Source: Octopus vulgaris (Eukaryota). From it: a stretch of 64,000 bases of DNA. The notes under the pieces were generated by a model. The model was not told the DNA's origin. It did not search any database and saw nothing but the letters and a program-made list of their open reading frames with translations. The stretch's first letter is position 1; the number at the start of each line of letters is the position of its first letter. Below, one piece after another: positions 50,876-63,940 of the stretch. The stretch covers positions 89,652,001 through 89,716,000 of the forward strand of contig OX597820.1 of NCBI GenBank assembly GCA_951406725.2, written 5' to 3'. The position numbers were made by a program, and so were the translations under genes.

Positions 50876-53710
50876 AACATGAATTTACTATAAAAAGGCC
50901 TTTGACATCATACCGCATTCACGAATCTTGAAATTGCAGAATATCTTGAAAATTTCTTCTGTGATTTCACACTTTCTCATGTAAAACATAATCTGTAATT
51001 ATACCACTGTAATGCGGGGCTGACCTCAAAATATATTAATTTCATGGAAAAATCTGAGGAAGAGAAATAATCTTCTTAAGATTATAAATCTAGAAAAGTA
51101 CAGGACAAGTTATTACACTTGGAAAAATTCAAGTACAGAACAAGAAAAAATTTACTAACATATTGCAGTTAAGGATAAAATTTCAAATAAAGTATTTAGA
51201 TTAAAAAAATATTATTACTTCTATTTGTTACTACTTGCTACTTGTATTAAAAATGAAAAATACCTCATTTAAAATGTTTTTGACTTTTAAAAAATTCACT
51301 TTCTTAATTATTAATTAATAGAAATTTTAAAATAGGTTATAAAAATGATAGTAGTACATAATTAGTACAATAACTAGACTAACACAAAAATTAGTTTATT
51401 ACAGTAAAATCTACCTATAAGAAAAAAATCGCAGTAAAATTTGCTTGAGTTGTTGCCTAAGTAATTGCCAAGTCTTCACATTTTTGGTCTTGAATAATGC
51501 CTAATTTTTACATAATGAATTTGCCTACCATATACACTATTCTACTTTGCATAAAACTTTAGCGATATTGTTACTTCTGGCTCTCATGTTTAAGTATTCT
51601 AGTGTGTCAATATTTTAACAATATAATGTTAACTTTCTAATTATAATATTACTTTGAAAATTAAAATCAAATAAATTTTAATATTCAAATTTTATTTTTA
51701 ACTGCAATATTTTAAGTAAAAGTTTTCTTGTTCTGTACTTAACCAGATGTAATAACTTGAGTTCAATCATTTAAGATTAATTAAAATATAGTTTGCTTTT
51801 AAAATAAAAAAAAATTTAATTATACTTAAATCCAATTTTAGTTAAGAACTGGATTAGCAAAAAGCTCTGAAAGATGCTGCGCGTGAGATAATTGCGGCCT
51901 TAACAATATTATTCAACTACTACCGTAGTTGAATGGTATCAACTGCAGGATTTTCCTAGGTGAATCACTTTCACCTCTAAATTTTGCATAGCTCTAATAC
52001 TCCTTACTAGTGAATTTAACAGAACAGGGTATGAATATAAAATCGATGACAAGACAATAAGACGTCTATTTTATATGGATGACTTAAAACTCTATGGCAA
52101 ATACGATAATGAGCTTGAAGGACTACTACGTACTGTGAAAGCATTAAGTGAAGATATAGGGATAGAATTTGCTCTTGATAAATGTGCCAAGGCAACTTTC
52201 TAGAAAGGGAAATTGAAATTGAAGACCTCACATTCAGTGGTGTTATATGTCGAAACAGTTATAAAAGACCTTGAGCAGTAACAAATTTACAAGTACCTCA
52301 GAATAGATGAGGTTTCTGGTATTCTGCATGCAAGCATGAAAGATAAATTAGAGAGAAATGTTACAGGAGAGTTTGAGCAGTCCTGACAGCTGTGTTAAAT
52401 GCGCGTAACAAGGTGTTAGCCATAATTTCCTTGGCAGTTTCAGTTGTTATTTATTGTTTCATTGCGTTGAACTTGAATATGAACGAAATATAAAAAATTG
52501 ATAAGAAAATATATAAGCTGCTGACGTTCAATAAGATGCACCACTCAAAGGCAGATGCAGATTGTCTCTTTATCTTCCCAGAGTCAAAGAGTGTAAAGGC
52601 TTGATCCAATTCGAAATCTCTTACAAAATCACTACATACTGGCCAAATGTCTTGAAACATCTAACGACTGGTTGCTAAAGCTCGTTGAAAACCACGAGAT
52701 ACGTAAGAAGCTTCGTTCTGTCATGGAGAGCAAAACATTTGTTAGAAAGTTCATGCATAATACCCAGGTTGAACAGCATGATGGAAGTGTGACAACTGTT
52801 GTTGCAAAAAAGGTGAAATTAATGGCAAAGCAAAAAGCCTATAAACAATTGACTGACAGGTGGGAACAAAAACCTCTGCATGACAAATATGTGACCCGTA
52901 GCAATGAAGCTCATGTAGACGACAAGCACATCCCCATGTGGCTACGGAGCTCAGGATTAAAGGCAGAGACCAAAGCCTTTAGTTTGGCTGATCAAGGCCA
53001 GAGCTCATTGACCGTAACTAGCAAATGTGATGAAAAATGGAGAAGACACAAAGTGCATATGCTGCAACGGTGAATTAAATAGAGTTGACCACTTAAACTC
53101 TGGGTGTAAATTTTAGCGCCTTATAGAGTATAAACAAGACATGACAGAGTTGTCCAATATTTACACTGGTTAATATGTCGGCATTATAACATCAAACCTG
53201 CTGACAAATGGTACAAATACCATCCTGAAGCTGTAAGTGAGGGAGAAAATGTTACGATTCTTTGGGACTTTCTAGTACACACAAACCGAGCTGATTGACA
53301 CCGAAAAATATGGCATCTGATCACGGTTACAATAGTAGTTATTGTAGGAGCACTGGGAATGATCAAACAAGGATCTGAAAGTTATTTGAGGATGATCCCT
53401 GGATTACCATCCATGCAAAGGATTGTTTTAACTGCTACGTCACACTTTTTGAAAAGAACATTGTCGCTATGAAATTTCTTTCCTTTTACCCCTTTATTTT
53501 ATTTATTTTCTTTTATTATATTTTTTCCTATTCTTTTTTTTCTTTCCTTTATTTTCTTTCTTTCTTACGTTTTTTCTATCACACGACTTTGTAATTGAAC
53601 AATCTGGTGTATTTATTTCAATGGTCTATCAATGTGTTCGTTGAGTTTCTTTGCCCTAGGTGGCGGGAAGAAATCCGGATAGAGATAGAAACAAAATTGT
53701 AAGAAGAGGG
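50876..53710 (+). mobile_element. R4/Dong-like RLE non-LTR retrotransposon copy 2 (5'-truncated within RT)
   Basis: YKKAFDIIPHS (~50889), IFLGESLSPL, FYMDDLKLYG (52069-52098), WEQKPLHDKY, WLRSSGLKAET, RHDRVVQYLHW, ILWDF, VGALGMI. (TAA)n tail at 53711-53800. Confidence 0.9.
51000..51936. mobile_element. AT-rich foldback insertion inside R4-like copy 2, family unknown
   Basis: Interrupts the RT between the KAFD and QGD-type motifs. ~80-bp inverted repeat at 51106-51186 versus 51684-51760. Perfect 10-bp-stem hairpin at 51911-51934. Confidence 0.7.
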
Positions 53711-53804
53711 TAATAATAATAATAATAATATTAATAATAATAATAATAATAATAATAGTAATAATAATAATAATAATAATGATGATAATAATAATAATAA
53801 TGGA

Positions 53805-54239
53805 TGCTAATTTTGGCGCAGGGCCAGCAGTTTTTGAATCGACTGGCTCTTATTTTATCAACCCTGAAAGGATGAAAGACAAATTTGACATCGGCGGAAT
53901 ATAAACCGGAACGTAAAAATGCCGCTTATCATTTTGTCCGGCTGGCTAAACAATAACAACATCAATAAAACCAAAAACATAACTGCATATGTCAACCTCA
54001 TTTGGATATCTAGCGGAATACCCAAAAGACTAATACTTCAGATCATAAAAATTAAAAAAAAAAAGTTGCAATAACACACGGGAAGAGAGAAGAAGAGAGA
54101 AGACAACAAGAGTTATGCCTTGTTTCTTGTTTATGATGATCAAAAACTGAGTGCTGCAAACTGTTCTTAGTTTTAGAACCTTCTTAATGTACAGTAGAAA
54201 CTCATACAGAGATGTGAGCAACATGATGACGATGCTGTA

Positions 54240-54282
<43 letters not shown>

Positions 54283-54283
54283 T

Positions 54284-54314
<31 letters not shown>

Positions 54315-54354
54315 GCTACTACTACTACTACTGCTACTACTACTATTACTACTA

Positions 54355-54395
<41 letters not shown>

Positions 54396-55255
54396 TCTGC
54401 TGCTACTATAAACAATAATATTTTCTGATTTAGTCACAAGGCCAACAATTTTAAAGGTATATCATCAATTGCTGTAGTTGATTTGTATTTTATTTTATCG
54501 ACTCGAGGAATGCGCATTAGCGGCAAATCTTGACCTCGGTGAAACTTGAATTCAGAACCCAAAGTGCCGTAACAAATGCTATAAGTTATTTTTCTGATTC
54601 TAATAATGATAAAATACTGGTTTCAAATTTTGGCACAAGGCCAGCAAGTCCGGGGAAGTAGGCTAATCTATTACATCAACCCCAGTATTCAACTGGTAGA
54701 TATTCTATCGACTCCGAAAGTGAAGATGGACGAAATGCCCCAAAGCATTTGGCCCAGTGCGGTAACGATTCTGCCAGCCCACCGCCATAGACAATTCTTT
54801 CTACTATAGGCACAAGGCTTGAAATTTTTGGGGAGGGGATAGCCGATTGCATCGATCCCCTCCCCACCAGTACCCAACTGGTACTTTTGTCATCGATTCA
54901 AAGGATGAAAGACAAAGTCGACCTCGGCGGAATTTGAACTCAGAACGTAAGGACGGACAAAATGCCGCTAAGTATTTTGACCGGCGTGGTAAAACTTCTG
55001 GTAGCTCGCCGCCTAATACCGCCTTAAATAATTATGATAATAATAATTCTTTCTACTATAGGCACAAGGCCTGAAATTAGGGTATGGGGATATCGGGTTA
55101 CAATGACCTCAGGGCTCCAATGGTACTGCTTTCATCGACCCCAAAAGGATGAAAAGCAAAGTCGACCTCGGTGGAATTCGAACTCAGAACGTAAAGACGG
55201 ACGAAATGCCCATAACATTTTGGCCGGCACGCTAATGATTCTGCCAGCTTGCCGT
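53805..55255 (-). mobile_element. Cluster of about five co-oriented reverse SINE A copies around a (CTA)n block
   Basis: Units at ~53805-53945, 54425-54600, 54615-54785, 54795-55013 and 55048-55255, each with ca(c)aagg(c)c..., atcgac..ggatgaaa..gacctcggcggaatttgaactcagaacgtaa. (CTA)n at 54240-54408. Confidence 0.85.
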
Positions 55256-58200
55256 CTTATACTGCCTTATACAATAATGATAATAATAACATTATCTGTA
55301 ACTGTAGCAAATTTGGCAAACACATTTAGCAATCATGTATCATTGATAAGAGTAATGACCAAAAGCTGTGTTTGATACTACATTACACTAAAGTATTCCA
55401 TTTTTCTATACTTCTCTACTGTGTAATTTCATTGTTTTCCTTTGATATATGAAATAAAATGTAATTTGCACGGAATATGGTAATGATTTAATAATTTAAG
55501 TGCGAATGTTGTCAATAGTGATTTGCCGACATTATGTTGCGAGAAGGATATCGAAAACAAGGAATATTAACTTGTTAGGCCATTTAAAAAAAAAAAGAAA
55601 AACATAAATTAGTGTTCTTCTGAAACGTTGGTGACCAGGGTGACACGCTCAAACATTAATTAGTGTAGTTAAAAATTGAATATATATAATGAGTCACATT
55701 ATATAAGTTGCGTAATATCTGAAATATAATTCTGCACTCGATTCTAATGTGTACTTGACTAAATAAATGTTCAGTATGCATGAGCATAATGCGTGAAAAA
55801 TACATCCTGGTGGAGAAGAAATAGTAGCGAGTAGAGTTTATATTCTTTTTTTTTTTTTACTATTTACTTAATATCTCACTTTGAGTTCAAATATTCCAGT
55901 AAATGAGGATTGAAATATTGGGCTAGATTCGATCGATTCCAACCTTCCTTATAAATGTGTGTTCCTGTGCCAAAATTAGAAATAACTTGTATGAATAAAA
56001 GTAGTATGGCGATATCGTTTTCCTCCAGTAATACAATAAATACTTCTTCCGAAACTTCCTAAAAATATAGGAAACCTATCTCTGATCGCTTTTTCTTTAT
56101 TCTTATACAACGCTTAAATTCCAGTGAAAATAACGACTGTGAATCACTCTTACAATTACTTTCTATTGCTTTTTATCTGTAATATGAAATTTCTTCAGTT
56201 CATAATTTTAGTGATTAAATTTGATAAAGACTTGAATGCAAATAATCTAGATATAAGGTTTAAGAATACTCAAACTTCCGATTATTTTCTTGTTCCGCTT
56301 TTGTACTCTATAAATGCTTTTATTTATAAGACATAATTAATCTAGTTTAGATGAATGATTTTCATTGCACAGGAAAAGAAGTGCTTTTACATTTTTATCA
56401 AAAGTTACAATAATGTCTTCATTGCAACATCATTCCAAATTTCTATTTGGAGACATCTTTTCGTTAAGATCTGATAAATACAAGGAAATGAATAAAATAA
56501 GGATATGTGAAGGAAATTATTACATGCAAAAGCTTTTGAAAAAATTATCTTAATTAATCCGACGGCGATTGATTTCGCCGTTCTATCTCTTTACCAACGC
56601 GTAGAATCATATTCAAAGGAATTCTGAAAACGCCAATATCTAATCTTCCCCACCATACTGTAGTGCAGTGTGCTCAGCAACTGCGTAGCTAATTGGCCAA
56701 TTTAGATTGCATATATTAATAGTTCCAGTCCGTAAGTTTTTGAACACAAATCAGATTATTGAATATAAAAATAATAAACAAAAGAATTTTTTTTTATATA
56801 ATTATAAAGGAGAATGACTGGAAACGTTGGAAATAATTCGATAATATATTTATAAGCAACTTAGTCGTAACAGTAGTGCGTTAGTAGAAGCGTGTGTGAT
56901 GTAAAGACAGTTTGTGCTGTGAAAATATATTTAATTCAATGTAAGCGAAATAAGGTTTCCGTTGTTGTTTCAAGACACTTTTATTTATTTTTAATATTTG
57001 TTATATTCTAATATTTCCACATGCATGTTTTTTACATGTTTATATTATTAGCTAAAATATTGAACTGATATAAGTTGCTAATGTTAAATTCTTGTCATTG
57101 ATTTGCAGCATCGATAAAATTGTGTTTTATAACAACAGCCTAATGTCTCCAATTCTTCTTGTTTTACTGCGTAAATAAACTATTGACAATGTCACGAAAT
57201 TCTCTTCCTTTAAAATATAATCGTATATCAATTTAGCTTAAACAATTTCTCTCACTAATTTAATTTTACAATATATACAAAAATATTTAGATTAGACACA
57301 TGGCGTACTTTTCACAATCGTCAATTGAATTTATTCAGTTTATTACAAAATTCTACACCCATGATATTCATTATTTACAATATAACGAAAATGACGTTTA
57401 TTTTAAAAGTATATTCTACAGTACATTTAATAGTTGCTTAGCTTGTAAATATAAACAGTTTATTTTCCCGTCAGACACAATCTCATTTCAACCCAATGAA
57501 GAAAAAAATCTATAAGTAAAAAAAAAAACAACAAAAAACAAACATACAACCAAAAGCATTTAATATCACAACCGTGCTTAGTTTCAGTTTTAGAACCATT
57601 CTCAAACATTTCGAAAAGAGGAATCACAAAAGCATAGGAAAATATCAACACTGTTGCAAATATTTTCAGATTTTTTGTCTTCTAACAAATTCTGTTTAAT
57701 TCAGTATCGACTTCACTTCATATTACCTATACAGTACCTATACTGAATTCAACACAGTGATTTCCGAAAGTTATGAAATATTAATGTGCCAGGGAAGAAT
57801 GAACACTTAACCCAGCAAAACGATCTTTAAGTATTCTTTTTAAGTATTACGTTTTTGAATATACTTTAATGGAAAAGTTATGAAACATTTATATACAAAA
57901 ATGTCTCGGTATCGAAGGTAAAATATATATGTAATAATATCTTTGGCACAAGTATATTTGAAATGGATGCACCAAATCTGATAGGAACGAATAGATAAAA
58001 TCCACCATGTGGTAATTTCAAACAAAGCTAGCAGGTACAACACTCGATGCATGAAATATATCAAATCAATTTTGAAATTCACCTGTTGAAAAACACGAAT
58101 AACTGCCTATAAAAAATGTGAATGCCTATGTAAAGACATATATGTGAGTGTGAGCGTTAAAATGCTACAAACATGGCAGACACGATAACATAGCTAAATT

Positions 58201-58265
58201 GTTTGTGGCTTTAAGGCAACCTAGGTCGTGCTGGCTTTCGCGATACATAGATACAAGCATGTATG

Positions 58266-58353
58266 CACACATACATACATACATATATACATACATACAT
58301 ACATACATACATGCACATGTACATATCTGTTTGCCTGCCAGCTTGCCTGTTTG

Positions 58354-58439
<86 letters not shown>

Positions 58440-58558
58440 CATCCATCCATCCATCCATCCATCTGTCTGTCTATGTCTCTCTCTCTTTCCCCCCTCTCTC
58501 TCTCTAACTATTTGTCAGTCCGTTTGTCTGTCTATCTGTTTCTCTCTCTCCTTCCAAA

Positions 58559-58618
<60 letters not shown>

Positions 58619-58681
58619 GATCGATCTATCTATCTGTCAGACCTCTCTATATCTACCCATCGATCCATCTGTCTATCTGTT

Positions 58682-58720
<39 letters not shown>

Positions 58721-58990
58721 ATCTATCTATCGATCCATCGATCCATCCATTTATGCATCCATCCGTCTATCTGTTTATCTCTGTCTATCTGTCTGTCTGT
58801 CTGTCTGTCTGTTCAATTATCTATATATCTGTGTGTCAGTCTGCGTGTCTATCTTTCTTGCTCTCTCAGTCAATCTCTATCTCTCTATCCATGCATGTAT
58901 GTATGTATGTATGTATGTATGTATGTATGTATGTATGTATGTATGTATGTATGTATATATGTATGCATGTATGTATGCATGAATGCATGC
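58266..58990. repeat. Compound (TACA)n/(TATC)n/(TC)n/(TATG)n microsatellite
   Basis: Directly visible. Source of the 278-aa and 239-aa pseudo-ORFs. Confidence 0.95.
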
Positions 58991-59221
58991 GTGCATTTAG
59001 TTTTATCTGTAGCAATTGGTCTAAGCACGCTACCAACATCACCTTCATCAACTCTTTCACATAATGGTATGACCATTCTTCTGCCCTATGCATCTCTGTA
59101 AATTTGTCTTTATACACAGTTTTAGTTTATGGCTAGCAATGATCACACCTACCAAGTGACTCCTGAAGAACTTTCTGGTGAAACAAAATATGCATTTTGT
59201 TCGACTCATTGTTATTGGTTA

Positions 59222-59356
59222 CTGTGTGGTAAGAAGCTTGCTTCACAACCACATGGTTTCGGGTTTAGTCGTACTGCGTGGCACCTGGGGCAAGTGTCTT
59301 CTACTAAAGCCGCGGGTCGACCAAAACCTTGTGAGTAGATTTGGTAGACGTAAACT
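59222..59356 (+). mobile_element. SINE family B copy
   Basis: ctgtgtggtaagaagcttgcttcacaaccacatggtttcgggtttagtc..gggcaagtgtcttctac..ccttgtgagtagatttggtagacg. Confidence 0.85.
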
Positions 59357-60315
59357 TGGGTGGGGAAACAAGTTTGCTAAACGCCATATTGAATGGACGG
59401 CTGAAAACTGGTCTAAAGTTCTTTGGATCGATGAATCCCGCTGCTGTAACTTTGCATCGGACAGAAAAACTCATGTTAGACGCCGTCCAATTGAAGAATT
59501 CCACCATTTTAAGTGTGTCAAGAAAACAGCGTGAGAGGGAGGTATGTGTGTGGGGGGGAGGGTAATAGTGTGGGCCGCGTTCAGCTTAGGAGTTGGTCCA
59601 ATTGTTAAGGCAGATGGCTGACTGAACAATGTAGGCTATCTGCAATTAGTAAATGAAAATGTGCTGCTATATTTTAATAATCACATGCAACCGGTATCCA
59701 ATTTCCAGCAGGACAACTGCCACGATCATAAGGCGAGGTAAGTTTCGCAAAATTTTGATCGCAGTAATATGGTGGTTATTGAATAACAATCCGCAGAACC
59801 CGGATTTGAATCCGATAGAAAATTTATGGAATTAAGTTTCTAAAAGAGTACAAACCATCAAAATTTGTTTTTAAAAGAGTAAAAAGCATCAAATTTGTTC
59901 CAGTTATATAATTTTATTGAAGAAATATGGTAGAACATTCCAAATGATTTTTGTGCTCATTTGTCGAACTCCATGTCCCGCCGTTGTAAGGCCGTAGTTG
60001 GAAATAATGGCTATCGAACTAGATACTAATGATATATGTTTTTTCGTTGATAATTTGTGCTGTAAATTTTCAATTGAAACAAAATAATGTTGGTAAGGTC
60101 TTCAACTTATTTTGCCGATAATTTTTAATCATTTGAATTAATTGCGCATTAAAATTATTCAAATTGTAGAAAGATATTTAACGCCCATATCTTTGTAAAG
60201 AAAATAATTCTACATAAACTGTAAAATGTAAAATAATATTATACAGTTTTATTAAAAATGAATTAATGAAGGAATAGAACTGTCATCTTCGGTCTTAAAC
60301 CTATTTTGGCCAGTG
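59357..60315 (+). mobile_element. Tc1-family transposon, 3' two-thirds, IR/DR-type right end
   Basis: FAKRHIEWTAENWSKVLWIDESR, VIVWAAFS, FQQDNC, PQNPDLNPIENLW. Outer repeat ggtcttaaacctattttggccagtg+TA (60291-60317) and inner direct repeat ggtcttcaacttattttgccga (~60097-60118). Confidence 0.9.
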
Positions 60316-61139
60316 TATATATATATATATAACAAACGAAATCGAAAACACATGAACGAGATGCGTGTGTTGCTAGTTCGTGGGTCGGCTGCGCTTTAGG
60401 CGTAAGAGAATATGTTCTCAATGTGCCTGTTGTTAAAAACACCTGAAAGTAAGTCATAGGCAAGCGAGACAAGTCACATCAGGGCCATTGTTAGAGCCAC
60501 AGGCATCAAAGTCTCGTCCTTGTTGTGCATTTGCAATGTCTCGTACCGAACTACGCCTGCTGCAAGCTATATCGCCGGCTATGATTATGTGCTAAATGGT
60601 TTAAAAATCATCTGCTGGCATGTCCAAACGTTTCATGCAAGGAAAAAAACCATATGCATATATAGTTAAGAACAAACGAACAAGCATGCACACAAAAATG
60701 CAGTAATTCCAGAATATACTGGAAATCTCACTTTTTATTTAGCTATTTTTTCTATCGGCGATATGACTAATTCAAATCAGTACTAGTCTGTATATGTGTT
60801 GATATGAATTATTTATACTTTGTACTTCATGAAATAGCTCTCTATTTTCCTTTTTCATAGATATTTATACTGAAATAAGCTAAAATGCGCATCTATTGTA
60901 ATATGTAGTCGGACAGACTGTTGGATTGCGGATGGCTGGAGATTCAACAATCAAAACTGCATTGACTCTCATTGTTTCTAGAAGTGCAGTCCCTAAGATC
61001 ATGTTGACATTCTATAATTAATGTAAAACCAGTTTTGGCAAATATAATTCTTGAGGGAAGGCAAAGTTCCCAGAGCGGGACAACAGAATAGTGTAATATT
61101 TTGTAACTAGATATAGTTGAAGTGCGGCAGTAAATGCGA

Positions 61140-61946
61140 TAGAAGAACTAAACCACCAACTTGCCAACACTATATCAACCATAACCGTTCGTCTTTAGCA
61201 CCATAAACCTGGATACTATGGAAGGGTGGCTATTACTAAACCTGTCTTGTCGCTCATCAGCATTGGTAAGTAGAAAAAATGTCGTCTAGACTATCAGAAG
61301 TCCTCTTAGTCACAATATACTTATATCATCTCCGATGAATGATTTTTCACTCGTTTCCTAACACCTGTGCGTGTTTACGTCTGGAGATATTCCCCACCCC
61401 AAATGTTTCAACAATGAACGACGTTTTCTATGAAGCATAGGGGTTGCTCTGTGATGATATGGGCAACCACATCACAGAATTCTCTTGGCACTTTAGCTGC
61501 ACATGTCAGAGTTCAAGTCAATGATTATCCGAGTGTTTTGGATGATTGTGTCCATCTTATGGTACATTGTTTGCTGGTGGTATATTAAACCTCCAGGGCG
61601 ACAATGCGCCGATTCAGACATCTAAAGTGATTCCTAATAGGTACAAAGCGTTCAAAATTGAAGTCGATCACTTCGATTGACTCGCACAATTACCAGATCG
61701 AACATTATCGATGCCTTTGGACCAGCAAGTGACGAGCCTCTTTCCTCTACCATTGTCACTGAAAGATCTAAAAGAGGTTTCACTTGAAGAATGCTTCGAT
61801 ATTCCGTTAATAACCGCTCAGAATTTGTACGATGCAATTTCCCGAGGTATTAAAGGTATGATTGATTCTAGAGTTAGATCAACTATGCATTACATATTTA
61901 AGCTTTTATTTAACAAGATGTTTCCATTGTTTCGTCCAAACTCTAT
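61140..61946 (+). mobile_element. Decayed Tc1-family transposon (different family), 3' part
   Basis: ISTITVR..GYYGRVAITKP, ISDE, SVMIWA, QGDNAPI, AQLPD.NII. TIR-like end gtttccattgtttcgtccaaactct+TA. Confidence 0.8.
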
Positions 61947-62876
61947 ATAAATAATATTATTTATCAAATGTTGAACTTGCATGATTCGCTACTTGGACAC
62001 TTTTGTTTCTGATTCCTGCAAATGAAGTGAGAGAACGCGTTTCCTTACATCACGTACCTTCTATAGCCATAGTCTAAAAAAACACGTTCATCTAAGAAAC
62101 ACATTCACAGCCACCTACCACACTCTAATGCTCAACTCAAAATCACTTTGCACAAACCACCTGTCCGCATAACACACTTCTCTTACGATACAGGTAGACA
62201 TTCATACTTAACCTTGTACTCATACACAAAAACACACACAGGTACACATGCACACACACACACACACACACACAAAACACACAAACACACTTCCTTCAAA
62301 CACAGATGAACGTAAGCATGGTTCACATATATGCTATTTTCCATTACATAACAACCCATTACCCTACACACGTCTCAACGCTACCTGCGATCTACTACAC
62401 TCGAAACGCAGCAACAGTTTTATTTGCTCATTATACACACATTTCTCTTATACTTGTCACAAAGACAAACCTACTTTATACACAGTGAGTCTTTTCTCTC
62501 AGATTTTCCATGCTTATTTTCCTTACTCCTCTTTAGTTTTCTTCCCCAGAAAGAGTACCTTCATTATTTAACTACTCCTGTATGCATTCAAGCATGTTTC
62601 TTCATCGTGCTTTGTTTTCCCTTCATCATCTTATCGTTTTAATATTCCTCCATTCTGATTTAACGAAGAATTTTTCCGAAACGTTATTATTCGTTCCTCT
62701 GTAGCTTTAATTACACTGACTTTGCATTTCCTTCGTTACTTTTGATATTTGCTGCTTCCTTACTCAGATACACACATACATATCTTCTTTGGCTAGAAGA
62801 CGAGTCAAACCTGTACATGTAAATTCGTGCGTTAGTGTAGAATATATTGCAAATTAAACAGGTTACTTGCTCCAAA

Positions 62877-63107
62877 AGGTGGCGAACTGGCAGAAACGTT
62901 AGCACACCGGGCGAAATGTGTAGCCGTATTTCGTCTACCATTAGTTTCTGAGTTCAAATTCCGCCGAGGTCGACTTTGCCTTTCATCCTTTCGCGGTCGA
63001 TAAATTAAGTACCAGTTATGCACTGGGGTCGATGTAATCGACTAAATCCGTTTGTTTGTCCTTGTTTGTCCCCTCTGTGTTTAGCCCCTTGTGGGTAGTA
63101 AAGAAAT
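62877..63107 (+). mobile_element. SINE family A, young full copy with 17-bp TSD
   Basis: TSD aggttacttgctccaaa at 62860-62876 and 63108-63124. Near-consensus body. Confidence 0.95.
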
Positions 63108-63559
63108 AGGTTACTTGCTCCAAACACTGCTTTACTGTATTCACACGCTTCTAATAGCATTATTTTTGGAGTAAAACGTGTTTTACAAATTTGGCTAAAG
63201 TGTTTTATGAAGGAAAGTCAAACTCAGGAAATTTCCGCATTTGAATCTTTTAACCTTAACTTTGATGAGATCAAAATTGTAAAGAATAGAAAATGAATAA
63301 CAAGGTTGGTTTGAATTGTTCTTCAATAAATTTCTATACAGTATTTAAGATGTCAAGAAGTGTCATTTTAAGTTACTTTTAAATGGAAGCGAAGCTTACA
63401 AAAAACATATTTTACTGTTTAGATAAAAAGTTGTGTCTAAATAACTCCACATAAAATCTAGTTAGCTTGATTAGGTCATGTTCTTTCTTTTGTTTTAATA
63501 AAAGAAAAAAGTTCCATGCTGATATGGATATTATAAATCAATTTGTTATTCTCGCGGAT

Positions 63560-63940
63560 GTACTGCAACATATTTTGAAGTCCAGAAGCTAGTGGAGATG
63601 ACGAAGATCTTCATTTCTTTGTCTTCTACAAAGATAATAGGTCTACACTTCAGTAATCAGGTTATACTACAGAAAAGAAAAGATTTCACTCTTGTACACC
63701 TAGAACTACCGTAAGAAGCAAACTCTTAATTATTCAGAAAACAAGACAAAACATGAAGCAACTGCCAATACATTTTAACATTACGCAAATGAAGACAATT
63801 TCCCGGAGAACCATAACAAGAATGTTCGAAGCTGCTGGTTTTCTCGATAATAGAAGAGTAAGGAAGCATTCTTGCCCAAATATGGTAACTATCAAACTGC
63901 TTTCAGAAAATCATCTAGAACGATGAATCAAGATTTAAGC
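63560..63940 (+). mobile_element. Possible Tc1 N-terminal (HTH) remnant
   Basis: PRTTV..ISRRTITRMFEAAGF..RRVRKH resembles the Tc1 second HTH/RKKP region. No catalytic motif or TIR seen. Confidence 0.35.

Noticed and set aside
53805-55255. CRISPR-like repeat-spacer appearance
   Set aside because: The units are 150-220-bp diverged SINE copies in eukaryotic DNA, with no constant short repeat and no cas genes.
58199-59117. Longest ORFs in the track (278 and 239 aa) and similar YIYI/LSIY/poly-T/S/V ORFs elsewhere
   Set aside because: They are translations of microsatellites that lack stop codons, with no domain content.
60841-61000. Strong splice-acceptor-like site (ttttcctttttcatag) suggesting a coding exon
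   Set aside because: All three frames hit stops within ~25 bp and there is no supporting donor or domain.
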